Source of the DNA: Rhodospirillum sp.
GTDB lineage: Bacteria; Pseudomonadota; Alphaproteobacteria; Dongiales; Dongiaceae
Reading direction: 5' to 3'
DNA: 64,000 nt
NCBI GenBank assembly: GCA_013822765.1
Contig: PNKY01000012.1
Span: 48,838 to 112,837 of the forward strand
Within the stretch, counting starts at the first letter, position 1; every line of letters begins with the position of its first letter. A program made the position numbers and the translations under genes. Below the pieces are notes generated by a model, which was not told where the DNA came from, ran no database searches, and worked only from the letters and a program-made list of their open reading frames with translations. This document shows positions 18,843 through 27,311 of this stretch, in pieces.

Positions 18843-20470
18843 GCGTTGCCGACATCACGCGCACGGCGGAATGGACGGCGCTGAAGCGTCATCGCCAGGC
18901 GCTGGCGAAGACCCGCATCGCCGATCTGTTCAAGGAGGATGCGCAGCGCTTCCAGCATTTCTCTCTGCAGCTCGACGAATTCGCGTTCGACTTCTCGAAG
19001 AACCTGGCGACGACCGAGACCATGCGCTTGCTGCACGAGCTGGCGCGCACGGCCGATGTCGCCGGCTGGCGCGATCGCATGTTCGCCGGCGAGCACATCA
19101 ACAGCACCGAGGACCGCGCGGTCTATCACGTCGCCCTGCGGAATGTGGGCCGCGAGCCGATGACGGTCGACGGCAAGGACGTCATGCCCGACGTCCGCAA
19201 GGTGTGGGAGCAGATGCGCGCCTTCGTCACCAACGTGCGCGAAGGCCATTGGCACGGTGCGACCGGCGAGCGCATCCGGACCGTGGTCAACATCGGCATC
19301 GGCGGCTCCGACCTTGGCCCCGCGATGGCAGTGCAGGCATTGCGTCCGTTCTGCCATCCGGAGATGACGTTCCATTTCGTCTCCAACGTCGACGGCGCGC
19401 ATCTGCATGCCGCGCTCGCCCACGCCGATCCGGCTTCCACCTTGTTCATCGTCTCTTCCAAGACCTTCACCACGCAGGAGACGCTGGCCAACGCCACCGC
19501 GGCGCGCGGCTGGCTGACGGCGCGTTTGTCGCCGGGCGCTGTGCCCAAGCATTTCGTCGCGGTCAGCGCCGCGGTCGACAAGGCGAGCGCCTTCGGCATC
19601 GCGCCGGAGAACGTGTTCGGCTTCTGGGACTGGGTCGGCGGCCGCTATTCCATGTGGTCCGCTATTGGCCTGCCGATCGCGGTCGCGTTGGGCTGGGAGG
19701 GGTTCGAGCGGCTGCTGGCCGGCGCGCATGCGATGGACCAGCATTTCAAGACCGCGCCGGCGGAGCGCAACATCCCGCTGACCATGGGCCTGATCGCGCT
19801 GTGGAACATCGACTTCCTAGAGGCCGACGCCTACGCGGTGTTGCCGTATGCGCAGGATCTCGCTCGCCTGCCGGCCTATCTGCAGCAGCTGGAAATGGAG
19901 AGCAACGGCAAGACCACGCGGCGCGACGGCAAGCCGGTGAAGTGCGCCACCGGCCCGGTTCTGTTCGGCGAGCCGGGCACCAACGGGCAGCACGCGTTCT
20001 ATCAGCTGATCCACCAGGGCACGCAGCGGGTGTTCTGCGATTTCATCCTGGCGGCGCGCGACCGCTCCGGCTATCCGGACCAGCATCTCCTGTTGACCGC
20101 GAATTTCCTGGCGCAGAGCCAGGCCCTGATGTTCGGCAAGAGCGCCGCCGAAGCGATGGCCGAAATGCGCGCCGCCAAGATGAAGGCTGGCAAGGCGCGC
20201 GCCTTGGCGACGCATCGCAGTTTCTTCGGCGACCGGCCGAGCAACAGCATCCTCCTTGGCGAGCTCGATCCGTACCATCTCGGCAAATTGGTCGCGCTGT
20301 ACGAGCACAAGACCTTCGTGCTCGGCGTGCTGTGGGGCATCAATTCCTTCGACCAATGGGGCGTGGAGCTCGGCAAACAGCTCGCGAGCGACATCCTGAG
20401 CGGCAGCGGCGTCGCCCGCGACGGCTCGACAGCCGGTCTCAAGGCTCTTTATGATGCCTGGCAGCGGTAG
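18839..20470 (+). CDS. pgi: Glucose-6-phosphate isomerase
   Basis: GIGGSDLG, SKTFTTQET, VGGRYS, MESNGK, GQHAFYQLIHQG, FDQWGVELGK. Confidence 0.96.
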   Translation: MSVADITRTAEWTALKRHRQALAKTRIADLFKEDAQRFQHFSLQLDEFAFDFSKNLATTETMRLLHELARTADVAGWRDRMFAGEHINSTEDRAVYHVALRNVGREPMTVDGKDVMPDVRKVWEQMRAFVTNVREGHWHGATGERIRTVVNIGIGGSDLGPAMAVQALRPFCHPEMTFHFVSNVDGAHLHAALAHADPASTLFIVSSKTFTTQETLANATAARGWLTARLSPGAVPKHFVAVSAAVDKASAFGIAPENVFGFWDWVGGRYSMWSAIGLPIAVALGWEGFERLLAGAHAMDQHFKTAPAERNIPLTMGLIALWNIDFLEADAYAVLPYAQDLARLPAYLQQLEMESNGKTTRRDGKPVKCATGPVLFGEPGTNGQHAFYQLIHQGTQRVFCDFILAARDRSGYPDQHLLLTANFLAQSQALMFGKSAAEAMAEMRAAKMKAGKARALATHRSFFGDRPSNSILLGELDPYHLGKLVALYEHKTFVLGVLWGINSFDQWGVELGKQLASDILSGSGVARDGSTAGLKALYDAWQR

Positions 20471-20487
20471 TCGGGGAATCGTCATTT

Positions 20488-20790
20488 ATGCTGTCGATCG
20501 ATCCAGCGCGCACCGATCTGTGCGAGGAATTCAAGCGCAAGCCGTTCGGCCGGCATAGCGCCGACTTGCACAAGCTGCTCGAGCTGATGCGCTGGGGCTT
20601 CGCGCGCGGCAGGACGGTCATCCTCTGCACAGTGCCGCACAAGGAATGGCGCCTCGCCAAATTCGGCCCGCGCCGCGGCACGCCGATGCAGATCGATACC
20701 CGCGCCTTCGCCGCCTACAAGGATGTGGTCTGGGCCTGTTTCCGCGCGCGCTGGAAAGAGATGACCGGCCGCGATTGTCCGGTCGAATAG
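20488..20790 (+). CDS. N,N-dimethylformamidase small (alpha) subunit-like protein
   Basis: EEF..KPFGRHS.DL..LL..MR...WRLA...F..RW pattern; immediately upstream of the large subunit. Confidence 0.65.
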   Translation: MLSIDPARTDLCEEFKRKPFGRHSADLHKLLELMRWGFARGRTVILCTVPHKEWRLAKFGPRRGTPMQIDTRAFAAYKDVVWACFRARWKEMTGRDCPVE

Positions 20791-20814
20791 TGCCAACAAT
20801 TCATTTGCCGCATC

Positions 20815-22998
20815 ATGCCTGAACGCATCCTGGCCTATACCGACAAACTCAGCGTGGAACCTGGCGAGCTGGTGGAGGTCAAGGTCAGCTCGCCGCGCGC
20901 CGGCAACTACCGCGCCGCGCTGGTGCGCGTGATCTGCGGCGATGATTCGCCGGACGGTCCGGGCTACAAGGTCGAGCCGGTCGCGGGCGTGCCTGTCACC
21001 GAACATGCCGCGCGCAAGCAGCCGATCCCCTGCGGCTCCTATGTCGAGGTCGACGACCGAAACGGCTTCGCATTGCAGAGCTTCTCGATCCGGACCGCCA
21101 TCTGGCCGACCTGGCTCGACAAGGGCAGCGAGCAGTGCATCATCGGCAATTGGGATGCGGCGACCAAGACCGGCTATGCGCTCTACCTTGATGCCACCGG
21201 CCGCCTGGCGCTGCGCATCGGCGCTCAGGCGCCGCTGGTGCTCGCGCATAACCTCGTCTCGCGTCATTGGTACATGGTCGCGGTGTCGTTCGATGCCAAG
21301 AGCGGGCGCGCCGTTCTCGCTTCGCGCCGCCGGATAGCATACGGGCATTCAGGCAAACGCCAGTTCGCCGAGGGCAAGCTCGCGCCGGCCGCGAACGCCA
21401 ACCGCTTCCTGATCGCGGCCTGGAACAACGGCAAGGACGTCGCCGCACATTTCAATGGCAAGATCGATTCGCCCGCCATCTACGGCGAGGCGCTGGCGGC
21501 GGAAGCCCTGCTCGCGTTCCCCGGCACGCGCGACGAGCCGCCGCCGGACCGTGCAATCGCCGACTGGGATTTCTCGCAGGGGATCAGCGGAGACTGGGTG
21601 ATCGATTCCTCGCGCAACCGCCGCAACGGCCACGCCGTCAACCTGCCGACCCGCGGCATGACCGGGTGGAACTGGGACGGCAGCGAGATGAACTGGAAGC
21701 GCAAGCCGGAGCACTACGGCGCGATCCACTTCCACGACGACGATCTCTATGACTGCAAGTGGAAGACCGACTTTTCCATCCGCCTGCCGAAGGACCTGAA
21801 GAGCGCGATCTACTGCATCCACCTGCAGCAGGGCGACCTGGAGGAGTTCACGCCGCTGTTCGTGCGCGCGCCGAAGGGCAAGCCGACTTCGTCGCTCGCC
21901 TTTCTGGTGCCGACCGCGAGCTACCTCGCTTATGCCAACCACCAGATGGACACCAGCTGGAGCTTCGACGAATTGAGCTCGTCACGCTTCACCGCGATCA
22001 ACCGCACCGACCAGTTCCTGGAAGAGACCTATTCGCTCGGCCTCTCGACCTATGACCTGCACAGCGACGGCAGCGGCGTCAGCCAGTCCTCGCGCCTCAG
22101 GCCCATCCTCAACATGCGGCCGAAGGCCGATCTGTGGCAGTTCAACGCCGATACCCACATCATCGATTGGCTAGCTGCCAAGGGCATCAGTTGCGACATC
22201 ATCACCGATGAGGACCTGGATCACGAAGGGCTCGATTGCCTGAAGCCCTATCGCTGCATCGTGACCGGCACGCATCCCGAGTACTACAGCCTGAAGATGC
22301 TCGATGCGATGCAGGACTACACCGACCTCGGCGGGCGCTTGATGTATCTCGGCGCCAACGGCTTCTATTGGCGCATCGCGTGGCATCCTTCGCTCGACGG
22401 CGTCATCGAGCATCGTCGCTCCGAGGACGGCATGCGCGCCTGGATGACCCAACCCGGCGAAAGCTACATGGCCTTCACCGGCGAGTATTCCGGCCTATGG
22501 CAGCGCAATGGCCGCCCGCCAAACGTGCTGGTCGGCACCGCCTTCAGCGGCCAGGGCTTCGACGTCGCGACCTACTACAAGCGCCTTCCGGCGAGCCGCG
22601 ATCCGCGCGCCGCTTTCATCTTCGAAGGCGTGACTGACGAGCGCATCGGCGATTTCGGATCGATCGGCGGCGGCGCCGCCGGCTGGGAGCTGGACCGCGC
22701 CGACGCCAGCTTCGGCACGCCACCGCATGCCTTGATCCTCGCCACCGCCGACGATTTCCCCGCCAGCTATCACTGGGTCAACGAAGAGCTCAACCACACC
22801 CATTCCGCCGTCAACGGCGACACCTGCCCGATGATCAAGGCGGACATGGTGTTCTTCGAGACCCCGCAGGGCGGCGGCGTGTTCTCGGTCAGCTCGATCT
22901 CCTACGCCGGCTCGCTCGCCCACAACGGCTACAACAACAACGTCAGCCGCATCACCGAGAACGTGGTCCGCCGCTTCCTCGACCCGAAGCCGCTGTAA
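20815..22998 (+). CDS. N,N-dimethylformamidase large (beta) subunit family protein
   Basis: LamG-like insert, YGAIHFHDDD, TASYLAYAN, GLSTYDLHSDG, TGTHPEY, YLGANGFYW, AAGWELDR. Confidence 0.88.
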   Translation: MPERILAYTDKLSVEPGELVEVKVSSPRAGNYRAALVRVICGDDSPDGPGYKVEPVAGVPVTEHAARKQPIPCGSYVEVDDRNGFALQSFSIRTAIWPTWLDKGSEQCIIGNWDAATKTGYALYLDATGRLALRIGAQAPLVLAHNLVSRHWYMVAVSFDAKSGRAVLASRRRIAYGHSGKRQFAEGKLAPAANANRFLIAAWNNGKDVAAHFNGKIDSPAIYGEALAAEALLAFPGTRDEPPPDRAIADWDFSQGISGDWVIDSSRNRRNGHAVNLPTRGMTGWNWDGSEMNWKRKPEHYGAIHFHDDDLYDCKWKTDFSIRLPKDLKSAIYCIHLQQGDLEEFTPLFVRAPKGKPTSSLAFLVPTASYLAYANHQMDTSWSFDELSSSRFTAINRTDQFLEETYSLGLSTYDLHSDGSGVSQSSRLRPILNMRPKADLWQFNADTHIIDWLAAKGISCDIITDEDLDHEGLDCLKPYRCIVTGTHPEYYSLKMLDAMQDYTDLGGRLMYLGANGFYWRIAWHPSLDGVIEHRRSEDGMRAWMTQPGESYMAFTGEYSGLWQRNGRPPNVLVGTAFSGQGFDVATYYKRLPASRDPRAAFIFEGVTDERIGDFGSIGGGAAGWELDRADASFGTPPHALILATADDFPASYHWVNEELNHTHSAVNGDTCPMIKADMVFFETPQGGGVFSVSSISYAGSLAHNGYNNNVSRITENVVRRFLDPKPL

Positions 22999-23040
22999 GG
23001 CTCAGAGTCGCAAGCAGTCGCGACGCCCCCTCCACCCACT

Positions 23041-23144
23041 CCGTCATGCCAGTGCTTGGCACTGGCATCCACGAATTTGCCCGCACCAACTGTGCGTTGC
23101 TCAGCGAAACTCGTGGATGGCAAGGCCACGCCTTGCCATGACGG
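23041..23144. repeat. REP-like cruciform palindromic element (family 1)
   Basis: CCGTCAT-hairpin-TCCACGAATTT...AAACTCGTGGA-hairpin-ATGACGG between convergent genes. Confidence 0.9.
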
Positions 23145-23192
23145 TGGTGGGGATGGTCGGGGTCAATTAAGAGCGCGACTGAGCCCGTCCGT

Positions 23193-23735
23193 TCAGGCGT
23201 CAGGCTGGGCGGTCAGGTAGTGCGAGTAGACCAGGATGTCGGTGACCGCGACGCCGACTTCGGAGAACGGCAGGAACAGCACCTCGGTCGCGACGAAGCG
23301 CTTGTCGCTGTTGATGTCGACGGAGAGGTCGAGCAGTCCGTCGCCCGCCGTCACCACGCGGTCGTAGTTCTCCAGCACGAACTCCAGGATCTCGCCCTGG
23401 TGGCACTGGCGCACGGTGCGGCCGGTCGGGTCGGCGCCGCGCACCTCGCGCTCGCGCCAACCGCAGCGGCGATAGCGATAGTCGTGTTCCGCCTCCAGCA
23501 CCTCGACCACCAGCATCGACGGCTCAAGGTCGGCGAGCGCCGCGAGCGGGAAGGCGGCGAGCTTCGGCAAGCCTGCTTCCTGGCCGGCCTGCTGCCACAG
23601 CTCGAACACCCGCCGCGTCTCGTTGCTGACGCGGCCCAGCCCTTCGACCACGCTGAGCTTGTCGCCGATCCCGAGCAGGGAACCGTCCAAGCCGATCAAT
23701 GTGCGCCGGCCGATATGCACGCCGATTGCTTCCAT
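23193..23735 (-). CDS. Stand-alone PAS domain protein (PAS_5-like)
   Basis: W.....LP....F.LA.L..L.P.M.VVEV....YRYR..G......G.DPTG...EVLFLPFS. Confidence 0.75.
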   Translation of the reverse strand: MEAIGVHIGRRTLIGLDGSLLGIGDKLSVVEGLGRVSNETRRVFELWQQAGQEAGLPKLAAFPLAALADLEPSMLVVEVLEAEHDYRYRRCGWREREVRGADPTGRTVRQCHQGEILEFVLENYDRVVTAGDGLLDLSVDINSDKRFVATEVLFLPFSEVGVAVTDILVYSHYLTAQPDA

Positions 23736-23739
23736 GGTG

Positions 23740-25074
23740 TTATTTATCTTCCGCCATCAGGCGATCGCGCGTCGCGGAAACCGCGTTGGCATGGCCGTCG
23801 AACCCCTCATAGGTCGCAAGCCTGCCGGCATGGCGCGCGGCGTCGGGATAGCCCAATGTCGTCACATAGGCTAGCGAGCTTCGCTTCACAAAATCGTAAA
23901 CGCTGAGGGCCGAGCTGGTCCGGGCCGCCCCGGAGGTCGGCAGCACGGCATTCGGTCCCAACACGAAATTGGCCAGGGTATTGGGGGTGCGCTCGCCCAG
24001 CAGGATTTCGGCCGCATTGCGGATTTTGCCCAGATAACGCCAGGGATCCTTGGCGTGGATCGTCAGGTGTTCGGGGGCGTAATCGTTGACGAAACCGCAG
24101 GCCGCGTCGAAATCGGGGGTCAGCACGATCCCACCCTGTGGCCCCTTCAGCACGGTCGCCGAGAAATCGACCCGCTGGTCCGACATCTGGGCCCAGAAGC
24201 CCGGAATAGCCGCCCGCGCCGCCTCGGCCACCACCCGCGAATTGGTGACCAGGAAACAGGAGGAATCCGGCCCGTGCTCGGCCTCGATCAGCAGGTCGAG
24301 GGCGGCCAGCCGGCCGTCCGCCGTCTGGTCCGCCAGGATGATCGATTCCGACGGCCCGGCCAGGATGCCGGGGTCGATGCGGTGCGACAGCAGCTTCTTC
24401 GCCGCCACCAGGTAGGGGCTGCCCGGCCCCACCATCTTGAGCACGCGCGGCACCGTCGCGGTGCCATAGGCGACGGCGGCGACCGCCTGGGCCCCGCCGC
24501 AGCGATAGACCTCGGTCACGCCTGCCAGCTTCGCCGCTACCAGGGTGGCGGGATCGGTGCGACCGTCGGGCAGCGGCGGGGTGCAGATGATGACCCGCGG
24601 CACCTTGGCGACCATCGCCGGCACGGCGGTCATCACCGCGACCGAGGGGAACGAGCCCTTGCCGCGCGGCACGTAGCAGGCGACGGAATCGATCGGCGAC
24701 CAGCGCTCGCCGGCGAAGATGCCGGGGCGCACTTCCTTCATCCACATCTCTTCCGGCAGCTGCGCTTCGTGATAGCGCCGCACGTTGTCGACCGCGTATT
24801 CGAGCGCCTCCACCACCTCGGGCGCGACGCTCTTCATCGCCTCGTCGAACTCGCTTTGGGGGGTGCGGATCGCATCGGGCTTGAGGCCGGTGGCGCCATC
24901 GAAGCGTGCGCCGAAGCGCGCCAGGGCCGCATCGCCGTCCCGCCGCACCTCCTCGATGATCGGCTTCACCCGCTCCTCGAACACCACGAGATCGGCCTCC
25001 GAGCGCACCAGCAGGCGCTCCCGCGCCTCCGGCGACAGGTTGGCTAGCTCGAACAAGGCTATCGGCCGATCCAT
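23740..25074 (-). CDS. Histidinol dehydrogenase homolog (divergent HisD paralog)
   Basis: CYVPRGKG, GGAQAVAA.AYGT, GPGS, AGPSE, EAEHG, APEHL, EGFDGHA; several active-site substitutions. Confidence 0.85.
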   Translation of the reverse strand: MDRPIALFELANLSPEARERLLVRSEADLVVFEERVKPIIEEVRRDGDAALARFGARFDGATGLKPDAIRTPQSEFDEAMKSVAPEVVEALEYAVDNVRRYHEAQLPEEMWMKEVRPGIFAGERWSPIDSVACYVPRGKGSFPSVAVMTAVPAMVAKVPRVIICTPPLPDGRTDPATLVAAKLAGVTEVYRCGGAQAVAAVAYGTATVPRVLKMVGPGSPYLVAAKKLLSHRIDPGILAGPSESIILADQTADGRLAALDLLIEAEHGPDSSCFLVTNSRVVAEAARAAIPGFWAQMSDQRVDFSATVLKGPQGGIVLTPDFDAACGFVNDYAPEHLTIHAKDPWRYLGKIRNAAEILLGERTPNTLANFVLGPNAVLPTSGAARTSSALSVYDFVKRSSLAYVTTLGYPDAARHAGRLATYEGFDGHANAVSATRDRLMAEDK

Positions 25075-25172
25075 GGCAAGCTCCGTTCCAGCCGGGCGTC
25101 AGCGTCCGGTGGTCGCGGTTTCAATAGGGAAATTCGGGCGGCGTGACAATGTCTTGTCGCCCGCCGGCGGAG

Positions 25173-25805
25173 CTACCGCCCGCCCTCGGCCAGCTTGCGC
25201 ATCGGGGCACCCTGTTGACCGTAGGTCAGGATATCGCGCTCCATGCGCTCGTAATCCTCGATCGAGATGGCGCGATTGACCGTGCTGCCGTCGTCGGACA
25301 GCGGGAACAGGCCGAACTCGCACTGGCCGAAATGGCGCGAGCGGACCAGCCAAGCGTAATGCCCGAACACCGGACGCTTCTCCGCCAGCATGCGGTGGTA
25401 GCACTGAATCATGAATTCGCGGCCCTGGAACACCATTTCGTCGATGCACCGGCCGGTGAAATCGAAGCCGGTATATTGCACCACCCGGGTGCCGACCAAG
25501 CGATAGCGGAAGCGCGGCGGGTCGCCCAGGATGTCGATCATCATCAGATTGGGCAGCAGCTCTCGGACGTCGACCGGGTCGATCTCCGAGCGCGACGGTA
25601 CCTTGCCCTTGGCCCTTGCCAGCCAATAGGCGTTGAGGATGCGAATGCGCTGGGACTGCACCAGCGAGACGTCGAGGCTGCTCGCCATCTCCTGGGCCGC
25701 GGTGGTGACGTTGTCCAGCGGCCGGGGATCCATCTGGGCGTCAGGGCTCACGTCCGGCCGCGACGGCTCGTTTCCGCTGGCCTCCGACATGGGATCCATC
25801 GTCAT
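25173..25805 (-). CDS. Stand-alone PAS domain protein (PAS_5-like)
   Basis: YW......PSRSEIDPVDV..LLPNL..ID....FRYRLVGT......G.DFTG...LFPLSDDG; start uncertain. Confidence 0.82.
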   Translation of the reverse strand: MTMDPMSEASGNEPSRPDVSPDAQMDPRPLDNVTTAAQEMASSLDVSLVQSQRIRILNAYWLARAKGKVPSRSEIDPVDVRELLPNLMMIDILGDPPRFRYRLVGTRVVQYTGFDFTGRCIDEMVFQGREFMIQCYHRMLAEKRPVFGHYAWLVRSRHFGQCEFGLFPLSDDGSTVNRAISIEDYERMERDILTYGQQGAPMRKLAEGGR

Positions 25806-26135
25806 GGAACCGGCCGCCCGATCGAGTTAATGGGCGCCGGTCCGGGGCGCGACACAATCACTCTGGCACTCCAAGGTGCGCGAAAATCTAGGAAAGCCTT
25901 GCCATCTTTGGCAGTCCCGGTCAACAAGCCCGTCATATATCGTACGCTCTCCCCAGGCCCGCTTCACAAGACCGCGACGCCCGGCGGCGTAAAAATGCCA
26001 GAAAATCACATCCCGTTGCGATGGGCTGGATGGTAGCGTCCGCTGCTCCGCTCCCGCCGCGATGGCGGTTGCTTGCGGGACCAGACCCTCGTTCGCTAAG
26101 CAGGACATGCGCCAATCGAGGAGTCTCCCACAGCG

Positions 26136-26804
26136 ATGTGTGGCCGCTACAGTTTCACCCTTCCACCTGAAGCCATCCGCGAATTGTTCCGCGTGGTGAC
26201 GGGGCTCAACCTGCAACCGCGCTACAACATCGCGCCGACCCAGGTGGTGCCGGTGATCGGCCTGGAACCAACCGGCGAGCGTGCGCTGAAGCAGTTCCGC
26301 TGGGGCCTCATCCCGCGCTGGAGCAAGGAGGTGCCGAAGTCCGCGCCGCTGATCAACGCGCGCTCGGAAGGCATCGCCACCGGCAAGATGTTCGGCGAAG
26401 CGTTCCAGAAGCGCCGCTGCCTGGTGCCCGCCGATGGTTTCTACGAATGGCGCAAGGACAAAAGCGATAAGCGGCCCTGGCGCATCGTGGATGCGGAGCG
26501 GCCGGCTTTCGCCTTTGCGGGCGTGTGGGAGGGCTGGCGCAATCCGGAGGGCGAGATCGTGCGCAGCTTTGCCATCGTCACCACCGGGGCGAACGAAAAG
26601 CTCGCGCCGATCCACGACCGCATGCCGGTGATGCTGAAGCGTGACGACGAGGAAGCCTGGCTCGACACCAACACCCTTGAGCCCAAGCTTCTTTCCTTGC
26701 TGGCACCATACGATGCGGCGAAGACCGCGCTCTACCGGGTCGATGCCAGGGTCAACAGCGTCAAGAACGACGATCCGCAATGCCTTGCGAGAGCTGAGCA
26801 ATAA
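26136..26804 (+). CDS. SRAP family (SOS response-associated peptidase / abasic-site protein)
   Basis: MCGRY N-terminus, YNIAPTQ, WGLIP.W, INARSE, GFYEW, IHDRMPV. Confidence 0.95.
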   Translation: MCGRYSFTLPPEAIRELFRVVTGLNLQPRYNIAPTQVVPVIGLEPTGERALKQFRWGLIPRWSKEVPKSAPLINARSEGIATGKMFGEAFQKRRCLVPADGFYEWRKDKSDKRPWRIVDAERPAFAFAGVWEGWRNPEGEIVRSFAIVTTGANEKLAPIHDRMPVMLKRDDEEAWLDTNTLEPKLLSLLAPYDAAKTALYRVDARVNSVKNDDPQCLARAEQ

Positions 26805-26824
26805 CCGTCAGCGATGCTTAGCGC

Positions 26825-27247
26825 CTAGCCATTCGCCGGTTGATCGGCGAGCCATTTCACGGCTGAGACGATGTCGTTGTAGAAGACACGATATTCGCCT
26901 TCGCCAAATGCGAGCCGGGCCAGATACGCAAGTCGACTGTTCGGAACGACGATGGCGCGCCGCAACTTCGTCGAGCCGAGTTCTTGGTCCAGCTGCTGTT
27001 GCGCCAGTGGCACGTCAACCGGCGGCGGCTCCATTTCAAGGGTGTCATAGAGGACCTTGCCCTTCTCGGCATCCCTCACCAGGAAGAGAACCTTCTCCTG
27101 GCATTCCCGCAGCAACTCGGCGGTCGGCTCGCCACGCACGCGCGCCAGGACAAGATCGCCGACAAGCTCGACCCACAGTTGGCCCTGCAAATTGCCCTCC
27201 TTGGCAGCGCACCCGACACGCCGCAATCCGATTTCTTGCTGTGCCAC
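26825..27247 (-). CDS. Hypothetical protein, STAS/SpoIIAA-like
   Basis: KVLYD..., RRAIVV...LAYLARLAF...YRVFYNDIVSAVKWL ending typical of STAS/SEC14-like small proteins; start uncertain. Confidence 0.55.
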   Translation of the reverse strand: MAQQEIGLRRVGCAAKEGNLQGQLWVELVGDLVLARVRGEPTAELLRECQEKVLFLVRDAEKGKVLYDTLEMEPPPVDVPLAQQQLDQELGSTKLRRAIVVPNSRLAYLARLAFGEGEYRVFYNDIVSAVKWLADQPANG

Positions 27248-27311
27248 AACGCGATAGCCCGTCTACAGTTCCCGCCAATACCCTGATATGGTGCCCCGCG
27301 AAGGGGTTAGC

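Noticed and set aside
25806-26135. LexA box upstream of the SRAP gene
   Set aside because: No GTTC-N7-GTTC direct repeat found by eye.
27288-27307. TGGTGCCCCGCGAAGGGG resembling a reverse tRNA 3' end or att site
   Set aside because: No T-loop (TTCGA), no second copy, no integrase.
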